The notes below the pieces were generated by a model, which searched no databases, was not told the origin of the DNA, and saw only the letters and a program-made list of their open reading frames with translations. From contig JARDVH010000164.1 in the NCBI GenBank assembly GCA_030324005.1, positions 21,083,283-21,147,282 on the forward strand: a stretch of DNA of 64,000 bases, in the 5' to 3' direction. The translations under genes and the position numbers were made by a program. This DNA is from Negaprion brevirostris (lineage: Eukaryota). Below are positions 27,601 to 37,625 of the stretch, piece by piece; within the stretch, counting starts at the first letter, position 1, and each line of letters begins with the position of its first letter.

Positions 27601-28074
27601 TCAACGTCAAGTCCATTTCTCATTCCTTGTCTGAAGGCCAAATTTATTAAATCACACTCAATAATGAACAACATAAATTAAACAGAAGTTGTCCAACTAC
27701 GAAGTTATACTATTAACTCATGACTGGCAGTAACTGGTAGTATCCCACTTGCAGGATCGCGCAGTATAAGTTATGCCTAACATTGGGAGCACCATAACCA
27801 AGCATGCATTAATATTTCAGCTCTACAACTGGGGCAATTCACTTGGACTAATTTAGCCCACCCTTCACTATCTTGAAGATTAATTACTTCACCTGAAAAT
27901 CTCATTTCAGGAGTAAATTCAACATCACACATCTTCCCGATAAAACAGAATGATTGCTCAGGTGCTTTTTCCCCCATAACAATTTACTTCTGAGTTAATG
28001 ACCAAAACTGCACACCACGCACAGTGGGTTCTGTCTGACCAAACTCTAATACGCCTAAAAGCTTTGCCAACAAG

Positions 28075-28278
28075 AAAGATACTGCAGTTGCTGGAAACCT
28101 GAAGTAAGAACAAGAACACTAGAAATATCCAGCAAGTTTGGTAGACAGAAACAGTGAAACACAGTGAGCATTTCAGATCAATCATCTTTCAGAACACAAC
28201 CTGAATATTAACTCTGTTTCTCTTCATGGATGCTGCCTAACCTGTTGAGTATTTCCAGCATTTTTATTTTGTTTCTGT
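28075..28278. mobile_element. Palindromic Penelope-derived repeat (second family)
   Basis: The arm atactgcag-tgctggaaa-ctgaa...cagca is an inverted copy of ttaactctgtttctc...gatgctgcct-acctg-tgagtatttccagcatttt. Related pieces lie at 1604-1746, 28985-29103, 36225-36316, 36930-36990, 37275-37625 and 54540/55435. Confidence 0.65.
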
Positions 28279-30889
28279 GACAAGCTGTTTCTCGCTAATT
28301 GTTGAAATCTAAGATATTTCAATTTTTCCATCAATGAAGCTGTTAGCTGAGGTTTATAGATTCACACATTACATTCCCCAAATCTTTCCCTGTATGTACC
28401 AAATAGTTGCTCATTTAGCAGACATCTCATGTTGGCTATCTCACCCCATACTGATTATTATACAGTGACTGATACTGAACTGTATTGACCACCAATTAGT
28501 CCAATAGCCTAACACATGCAGATTCTCAAAATCTGGTTCATGACTCTTGGACAATCCTGTTCACTTCGGTGGAGTCTGCAAACTGGAGAATTCTTCCAAA
28601 CATGATCAGGCAAGTAACCTGTGTCTTAACAGTGAGATATTTAGTCTGATATTGATTAATATCTATTACTTACTATCCTCTGATTAAACCATTGTGTCTA
28701 TGTTCATTTTCAAATCAATTTTTTTGTACAGTTTCTCCCTACATTCCATGAGAAAAATTCCACACTGCAGCAAAAGCAAATTTGATTATACATCCATCAT
28801 AAAAGATGTCCACTCAACCAACAATGCATTCTGAAAAGTACATTTCTCTAAAAATGCTGTGAAAAAATGAGCATTCCAACTTCAAACTGAGCTCCTTCTT
28901 TTGCTTATGAGCATCACATTCTGCTCCATGTGATGGAGCTCCTGAACCAAGCAAAATGTTCACAACATTCCCAACAATTAAACTGAGAAGTCATCAAAAT
29001 GTTGGCTCTATTCTCTCTCCACAGATGCTGTCATAACTGCTGAGATTTTCCAGCATTACCTGATTTTGTTTCAGATTCCAGCATCCGCAGTATTTGGCAT
29101 TTGTCCCAACAATTAAGGCACAATCCAGCCATATATCGTTGCCTGTACAGGGTTATCACATTAGGCCAACTGATCATCTTAAACTATCTATTCCACATCA
29201 GTAAGCTTCTTCATTCCTAAGTACAATATCTGACTACTGATCCAAATGCATCCTACTGCCATCCACCTCCACAAACCACCCTCTGTTTGCAATACCTAGC
29301 TGCTGCTGCTTTTAAGCCCTCCATTTGTAACTTTTCCATTGCGGAGCAACGGTTCAGACAGATTTTGCTGTGAAACACCAAATACTCCAGAGTGCATCAT
29401 AAGCTTCGCTGCAAGCCAATTTTCAAACCACTGCCTAGTGACCCCACTCCATGTTCATATTGAAGACTGGATTAGGTTCTTTGCTCATAAAGACACCATC
29501 TTCAGTTAAGTGCAGCTGGGTGACAGAGCTCCTGCTTCCAGCAATTTTGCACCATCCTTTCAATTAGGACCTGTAGCTGGCAAATTGCTGATGCACTATT
29601 TTTATTCTTTGCTAGCAGATCAGCTGTTTCAAGCAGAAGGTTTTCCTTTAACCAGGAGAATTAAGTGACCTAGTGTGTTAACTGGTAATCCAATTCTAAA
29701 TGTTTTCTGGTCCTGCTCCATTCCAACAATATTCTAGTAGATTCTTACATGGAGTAGATTGCCATCCAGCCCACTCACTTTAATGTTGATACACAATATC
29801 AAATCCATAGAAGATATATGGTTATTTGGAAAGTTGTGTTCACTAATTCAAGATGCACAAAACTACCATTTCACTCGTATTGCAGGGTCAAGGCAATGAT
29901 ATATTCATGGAAATTGAACAACATATTGGCACAGAATGTGGCCCACAAGCTTGCATCTTCAGAAACCCAGTCTTCCAGCTATTATCGAGTCATGTACAAA
30001 ATGCATGTTTTTAAGTTTGATTGTAGCTTGTACATCACAAGAAAACATCAAGAATACAAGTGTTAACATTATCATGCATTTGCAATGTTCCAATGAAATT
30101 TGTTTTCCAAGTTTGTGAATTACAAGATGCACAAAATGTTTTTAATTGCATCCATTTGACTCATCTTACTTGCATTTGTTTAATCTTGTTGGTAATCAAT
30201 ATTTTCCCAAAATGTCCATGGTGATAATACAGAAGTAATCACGTAACCTCCAAGATCCACAAACAGCAAATTAAAGTGACCTTCTAACCTATTTTTGATC
30301 ATGTGAGCTAAAGCAATTATCTTCTGCTGATAGGGTTACAAGTGGAGAAGGGGAAGAAACATGTGTGCAGTGCATAAAAAAAGCATAGGACCCAATGGCA
30401 TGCTTTTGCTGTTCTTCAAATACTACCACATGAACAGGAACAGGTATGTTGGGCCTTACTTTACAATCACATGCAAAATAAGATACTTTCAATCTGAAAA
30501 TTTAGTCTGGCTTCCCAGACCAAGTTCTGGAAGAGGGCTTCAAGACACAAGCTGAATGAACTAAGCTCATGCTTGAGGAGCAATGGATTGCCTAATTGAT
30601 TGCATGCAGTGCCAGCAATTTGTTTCAGTGCATGGCCCTTAAAATTTTTTTATGCAGTTGCACATGCAATTAAAGGGGTTTTAAATGAATTGTGTGCCTG
30701 TGTAACTTGGAGTGAATATTAAAAAGATTTTGACCACCACTGATCAAGTCAAAGCAGTAATAAGACATAACTGGCATTCCAAATTTTCAGAGTTGTTGCA
30801 GCATTTCCTAATTTAATTGCTACCTGGTAACTTGTCACTGCACAAAAAAGTTAACAAGTACTCAGCCTATAACTTTTTTTAAAAACTTG

Positions 30890-31156
30890 GTTTGTGCCAC
30901 AAGTACACTTACATTAACATTGCAATGAAGTTACTGTGAAAATTCCCTAGTTGCCATGCTCCAACGACTGTTCACGTACACTGAGGGAGAATTTAGCATG
31001 ACCAATGCACCAAACCAGCACTTTTTTGCACTGTGGGAGGAAACCAAAGCACCTGGAAGAAATGCACGCAGATACGGGCAGACTCCTTACAGACAAGCTA
31101 GGAATCGAATCCGGGTCCCTGGTGCTGTGAGACAGCTGTGCTAACCACTGTGCCAC
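30890..31156 (-). mobile_element. HE1-type V-SINE
   Basis: The reverse complement has the tRNA head gtggcacagtggttagcac...ggattcgattcc and the V-core ggtttcctcccacagt...cattggtcatgctaaattc. Confidence 0.9.
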
Positions 31157-33937
31157 TTATCTTTCATAGTTTTAATCAGTTGTGGGCAAACTGCAGCCTG
31201 GTGGCCCATCTGGCTCCTGAGTGCAGCCTTCAAGATATTTTATTGACCCTTGCCCACGTGTCAGATTGTCATATTCCACTAATCTCCGTCCAGACATTTT
31301 TTTCCCAAACACTATGACTGTAAAGCAAGAGCAAGTGAAATAAGATCCACATGGATTGTGCACAACATCGGATGCAGAAGGAGCTCTCACAGTCTAAGTA
31401 CAAATATTTATCATTTGAAGTTGATGGTATTTCTATTATGCACAATATATAATGAAGCATTTTCTTTAACTCGTTATGAAATATTTGATAGTGTGTTAAA
31501 TGTGGGATCATGGGCCATGAACATGCCTGATTTAAATCTTGCGGCCCACTGATGAAGAGGGTCCACTCGTGCAGCCTATTCACTAGCCTATGTTGCCCAA
31601 TAGTTTAAAATCAAATCAAAAATGCCCAAGTGATGTCAACCCAGCAATGCATGACATTAAGGACAGAAAGCACATATCAACATGCAGCATTGCATCCTAT
31701 CCAAGTTTAAAATTTAATCAAAGATTCCTCTTTTGTTTGAATACAAGTAAGTTTCAAGTTCAAAACAAAATGAAAAAAAGCTCCCAATACATTTGTTACT
31801 GCTAATTAAAATATCCCACAATGAACCAAATTACAGGTTAACCTACTGAAAGGCACTAAATTAATTTAATCCTGCAATAGCATTCAATCTCATATCTAAT
31901 CAGCCCAGTCAGTTGAGCTGTATTATTACATGGTATTTGTCATCAGATCAGATATTAAGTGGCATGGGATGCATGGTAAGCAAAGTGCTTGCAGATTTAA
32001 TTGCGTCTACAAGTGGTATATATTCTAAACTACTACCATACGATGTGTGGTGTATAGCTCTGCCCTGATTTACCATTTCAATACTGCACAAAGTTATTTT
32101 AGCAGTAACACCAGTCTAACCAGGCTTGTTCAAATTGATAGGAATTTCACATATATTTGGTGCAGTGATATTGAAACTTAGGGTAACTGTGTAACTTATG
32201 CAACCCAAGATACACAGATTACAGAGGGTGCTGCTTCCTGACAGGAGTCTGCTGTAAATACTCAAAAATAAACTTGAATAAGCCAACGTACATTTAATAT
32301 TTCAGTAATTTGTACTAAAAAACACGCTTTAAAATGCACAGTGGCATACAAGGATGGAAAAATTCTATTTCACACAACATGCACAGCACTATCATACTGG
32401 CCTGCAAAAAGGCTGCTCAAATGTCGAACAATTCCAAACTTTTGCAGGGCTGAATAATCAAGTTTAGATGTCATACTTGAGCGAAGTCAAGTTGCAGACT
32501 GCAATGAAGTTGTTTTCTTGTATTCAGATGTTAGTTACTTTACACATTTATAATTTCCATATCATACTGAAGGTAAAGGTTTGCCTTCAGAATTTCCAAT
32601 CTACAACCTTGATATATATGACATTTGAACCAAAGGATTAAAAGGACATTTGTCTACATGTAACTGAAAAACATCTATAAATTCCTATTTTTGTTGCTGT
32701 TATAAAAAATACAAATTATTCCCTAAAAATACCAACCATGAGCAAAAATCCTGTTTTAAGATTTGTTAGAGCTATTGACCCAAGCACTCAAACACCAGAT
32801 ACACAAATCAAAGTATTTGCTTTTCAGTCGTACAGAAACAACTAATAATGAAGCTGATAAATTTAGGCAACATACATATCTAACCTACCAAACATATAAA
32901 GATGTATAAAATTGCACAATTGGTATTTTCAAGTATCTTTGAAGGTGACAGTTCTGTGCGCAAAGAAGGCACATTTCATTGTTTTAATATTGTGCACATT
33001 TTACTCAATAAATTCCTGACACACAAATTATCGGGTCCTAAAAATTGCTAAGGTTTTCCATAATGTTGCACTCAATTACATGATTTAAGTCTGGCTAAAA
33101 CTTTTCATTATTCCCCACAAAGTAGCAATACAATTCTGATCTAAATGCTCATTTATCCTGAAACATGCATTCATAAAAATATTGAAGCATAAGGAATTGG
33201 ATCAGTTTAAAATTTGTACTTCAGATCTACATTTAAGTACTTAAAATACACTCCACGATGGAAGTCCACTCAATAGCTTCTTCTCAGTGTGATCATAATG
33301 CTGTTATTTTAACACAAAATCATTTCAATACTGTAGAAAAGTTACGACAAAGCATAACTGATATCCATGATTACTGTCATTACTCCCTACAACCCAAGTT
33401 ATAACACAAAATGCTGCAAATGAACCAGTCTCTACACAACATTGCAAATTATTCAGAAAGTAATTTCTTAAATTGATGCACCAACTAAACCTTTGCCAGA
33501 TTAAAAATATTTCCAATTCGACTTTAATGCCACTAACCTCAAAACTAAAAGGCAATATTCAAATCGCAAAAACGTAATTTTCCTAACTGTCCACAAAAAT
33601 CCTTCATGAGGAAAAGCAGGCTACTATTTCAAAACATGGATCTTCCTCCAGTAGCTAATAGCATTAAACATCACTTACAGTCTCTCCACTAATCTTTGAA
33701 CCTTCAAATTAAGATTCAAAATCTACCTGTAAGCAGTTTAATACATCCCAACTGCTGGCACGACAACATTCCAACAAGAAAATTAACACTTCTCAGATAG
33801 CACATCGGATGGCAGCATTCAGAACGTTGTTACACTACCCGCACAAACCCTCGAATAAAGTTTCTGCTATTAAGTTAGAAAAAAAGCCATAGAGCCATCA
33901 AAAAACGTCTACCGAGCACTTCATATTTGAGTCTTAC

Positions 33938-34010
33938 CTGAGCCACCAAATTGACTGCTTGCCAGTGTGGTTGGTCCATTTTTTCCACTATTAACAGGAG
34001 GAGAAAACAT
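33938..34010 (-). CDS. TCF12: E-protein gene, second coding exon (73 bp)
   Basis: Translates to MFSPPVNSGKNGPTTLASSQFGGS+G, in frame with the upstream exon. Acceptor ttttttttAG (34011-34012), donor GTAAGA (33937). A 73 bp phase 0/1 exon matches the known exon 3 of TCF12/TCF4/TCF3. Confidence 0.93.
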
Positions 34011-34618
34011 CTAAAAAAAAGAATGGATCAAGATTAATGAGTGATCTATATTTTAGCCCATGAATATCAAACATCTGGCAAACTGTACTGATAACAGATT
34101 ATCTTCTGTGATGGAGTAGTCAAAACGTTATGTGCAACGTGACAAATGATACCTTTTATGTTTTAAAAATAGTTGTAACACTAAATTAAATCTATTATAA
34201 AATTTTGACGTGCACAATAGCCATTCCTGATCGTCTTGATTGTAAATTTTGTAAATGCAATTATCAAAAGGAGCAACTTCTAGTAAAAACGTAATACTGG
34301 ACGATTTATAATTCAAAAATATACTTGCCACTACCATTTATCTGACAACACTGATCAGTAGAAATCCACGAGTAACTTCAGGCGATGCACGAATTCTGAA
34401 ATAATTCAATGCTGAGCTCAAAGTTAAGCTAGTGCTGAACGCCACATTACTTTAAACTGTTTTGCAGTAATTTCTTCAGGAACCTGCCCTTCGACTCGTC
34501 TAGACATAACAGTAAACTTCAGAGACTTCTTTTGACTAGGCAGGACGAAGGCAACGCCACATGGCTTTTGAGTGATGGGAAAAACCGTGTTAATAATAAA
34601 AGCCTCCAAGCATCATAC

Positions 34619-34690
34619 CGCACTAAAATCCAGCAGATCGCTCAATTCCTTGTCCGTTCCTATAGCGGCCATCCGCTGCTGTGGATTCAT
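34619..34690 (-). CDS. TCF12: E-protein (class I bHLH) gene, first coding exon (whole exon 34619-34711 including 21 nt of 5'UTR); most likely TCF12/HEB
   Basis: The reverse complement translates to MNPQQRMAAIGTDKELSDLLDFSA, the conserved E-protein AD1 N-terminus with the LSDLL (PCET) motif. Acceptor tgttcttAG at 34712-34713, donor GTATGA at 34618. MNPQ/AAIG favours TCF12 over TCF4 (MHHQ/AALG) and TCF3 (MNQP). The family call is near certain; the paralog call is about 0.75. Confidence 0.93.
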
Positions 34691-35197
34691 CTTGATTTAC
34701 TCTCACTAAACCTAAGAACAAAACATAGTTACACGATTTACTAAAAAAAAACACTGCTTTTAAAATAAAAAACAAAAGAGAAAACCCTCAGCAGAAACCT
34801 TCAAAGTTTGCTGGGGAGGTTTAAAAAAAAATCTAAGGCTCCGACTCACTGACAAAATAAAAAGAAAAGTTGCCGTGCATCAGGTTCCAAAAATATCCTA
34901 CCGCAGAAAGAGAAGGCGACCCTTCGGAAACACAAGAGTTACTGTACGAGAAATGACAAGTAAGCCGCTAACATAATTCCACACAACAAAGACCATTTAG
35001 CCTCGACTAGCAGAACCAATACGCTAAGTAAATCATCAGTGTTAAGTTTTGTGTAGAACAATCTCCAGGGTTTTTTTGGTGGTGGGGAGAGATTAAGGGA
35101 AGGGAAGGGAGGGGGCAATCCCCTGGTTGGTGTGAGAGAAATCCTTGGCTCTGTTCATCCTGCTGTCGGTGGGTTTGGGTTGAGGGGGCGGGCGAGG

Positions 35198-35787
35198 NNN
35201 NNNNNNNNNNNNNNNNNNNNNNNNNNNNNNNNNNNNNNNNNNNNNNNNNNNNNNNNNNNNNNNNNNNNNNNNNNNNNNNNNNNNNNNNNNNNNNNNNNNN
35301 NNNNNNNNNNNNNNNNNNNNNNNNNNNNNNNNNNNNNNNNNNNNNNNNNNNNNNNNNNNNNNNNNNNNNNNNNNNNNNNNNNNNNNNNNNNNNNNNNNNN
35401 NNNNNNNNNNNNNNNNNNNNNNNNNNNNNNNNNNNNNNNNNNNNNNNNNNNNNNNNNNNNNNNNNNNNNNNNNNNNNNNNNNNNNNNNNNNNNNNNNNNN
35501 NNNNNNNNNNNNNNNNNNNNNNNNNNNNNNNNNNNNNNNNNNNNNNNNNNNNNNNNNNNNNNNNNNNNNNNNNNNNNNNNNNNNNNNNNNNNNNNNNNNN
35601 NNNNNNNNNNNNNNNNNNNNNNNNNNNNNNNNNNNNNNNNNNNNNNNNNNNNNNNNNNNNNNNNNNNNNNNNNNNNNNNNNNNNNNNNNNNNNNNNNNNN
35701 NNNNNNNNNNNNNNNNNNNNNNNNNNNNNNNNNNNNNNNNNNNNNNNNNNNNNNNNNNNNNNNNNNNNNNNNNNNNNNNNNNNNNNN
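35198..35787. other. Assembly gap in the GC-rich CpG-island core of intron 1
   Basis: 590 N, flanked by G-rich sequence on the left and an 18-G run (35791-35808) on the right. Confidence 0.85.
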
Positions 35788-35819
35788 CCCGGGGGGGGGG
35801 GGGGGGGGCACTAACATAC

Positions 35820-36040
35820 CGTCCCCAAAAAAAACAGGGCACCCCCATCTCTTTGCAAGATTCGGGGAGGAGGGATGCAATAATCCGTGCATTCTGCAAT
35901 TTAACATCCAGACACGGCTTGAGCCTTCGTCACTCCGTGGACGCTGTAATCACAAGGAATGAATGACAATAAGCCCGGAGGATCCTTTGTTTGCGCGGCA
36001 GGTGGCGGCGACGGTGAGGCGGCCCATGTTTTCCTTTCTC
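35820..36040 (-). other. Candidate non-coding exon 1 (5'UTR) of the E-protein gene
   Basis: CpG-rich segment ending in a strong minus-strand donor CG|GTATGT (35820/35819), about 1.1 kb upstream of the ATG exon and just downstream of promoter motifs. The transcription start is not defined. Confidence 0.55.
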
Positions 36041-36082
36041 TCTGATTGACAGCAAGGCCCGAATTGCACACATGGCCAATTA
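35999..36082 (-). promoter_or_regulatory. Proximal promoter motifs: E-box CAGGTG, PBX-MEIS/PREP decamer TGATTGACAG, CCAAT box
   Basis: GGCAGGTG 35997-36004, TGATTGACAG 36043-36052 and GGCCAAT 36074-36080, all in CpG-rich sequence next to the candidate exon 1. Confidence 0.55.
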
Positions 36083-36481
36083 GATATTATCTTTCCCCCA
36101 GTACACACAGGATATACCTTTTTTTGTGTGTGGATATACTTTCATCCGAGAGGTAATGTTTGCTGTGTCGTTACAACGTTTAAGAATTGTGTCACTGGCA
36201 TCAGTTATTATGATACACAGTGCCAAAGCAGAACAAAACTGGCAGCCACTGCAAATTTCATCCCACAGCAGAAAATGCTCAGCAGGTCTGGCAGCATCTG
36301 TGGAGGGAGAAACAGTTCATTTTTTTCCATGGGTACACTTTATTTCTAATCTAAAAAGCCCATTCGAATCAAGTCCAATTAAGTTTTCAGGCCTTTGATC
36401 AGCATTAATGTCTACCAACAGCACTTTCTACTGGTCTAAAAAGTTTGCAACTCACGGTTAAAATACATTTTCCATCCATTT

Positions 36482-36732
36482 TGTTTATTAGTGTCACAAG
36501 TAGGCTTATGTTAACACTGCAATGAAGTGAAAGCCACACTCCGGCACCTGTTTGGGTACACAGAGGGAGAATTTAGCACAGCCAATGCACCAAACCGGCA
36601 GTGTGGGAGGAAACCGGATGGAAACCTGCAGACGTGAGGAGAATGTGCAGACTCCACACAGACAGTGACCCAAGCCAGGAATCAAACACAGGTCATTGAT
36701 GCTGTGAGGCAGCAGTGCTAACCGCTGTGCCT
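36482..36732 (-). mobile_element. HE1-type V-SINE
   Basis: Same head, core and tail as the copies at 30890 and 58050. Confidence 0.9.
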
Positions 36733-37239
36733 GCTTGGTAAGTTATTTCTCTTTTTTTTTAAACAGTGCAGGCTGTTAAAAACATATTCATCATATTAAG
36801 TGCCCTGTTGCAAGATAAGTTGTCTGAAACAAAGTGATGTACATAGGAAGATCAATCGCTCATTCGAATTGAGTGAAAATCTATTCTTTAGATATTCCCA
36901 ATTCTAATTCAAGACATGAAACTTGAATTCTGGCTCTCTCCCCACAAGATGCTGCCAGACCTCCTGAGTATTTTCCATCATTTTGTTTTAATTTGTAATT
37001 TTTTACTAATTAGATTTATTATCTAATGAGAAAATAAATCAGTTTAATTGTCAACAACACCTATAAATCATGCCCCAAATGGAAAAGGTGTTTAATTTCA
37101 TATTCATGAATGGTTTTGAAGGCAAGACAAATATCTTTAGAATGGCATGTTTGGACAGTTGTAACCAATGACTAACGCAGCCACAATTCCCAATTTTGGA
37201 TTATTGCTATTGATTCAGCTATTGCTGTTTACACTAACA

Positions 37240-37625
37240 GACCTGTAGTTTGTTTTTTTGTCCCAGTACCATTCCTTTGCTCTGATGCAGGGTCATCCTG
37301 ATTCAAAACGTTGGCTTAATTCTCTCTCTGCAGATGCTGTCAGACCTCCTGAGATTTTCAGATTCCAGCATCCACAGTTATTTTGCTTTCACCACTCCTT
37401 TTTGCCTTGCACCATTACCCTGTCTGCCATTAAATCTTTCCTGCCATTATGGATCATTCTTTTTGTTCTTGTCTGTCTTTCTGTGCTTGTTTAAAATCTG
37501 GCACAACTCTTAAGTCATCCTCTGTTCTGATGAGCCTGACGGTTAACTGTTTCTCTTTCCACTAATGCCACCAGATCTGCAGTTTCTAATGTCAGATTTC
37601 CAACATCGGTAATGTTTCATTCACT
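37240..37625 (+). mobile_element. Tandem Penelope-derived terminal-repeat remnants with decayed hammerhead cores
   Basis: ctgatgcagggtcatcctgattcaaaacgtt (37282-37312) and ctgatgag (37528), each followed by the family motif ctct..cagatgctg-cagacct. Confidence 0.6.

Noticed and set aside
35093-35962. Longest ORFs in the track (250-276 aa)
   Set aside because: These are artefacts of translating through the N gap; the same applies to ORFs at 2379-2828, 3231-3533 and 40468-40964.
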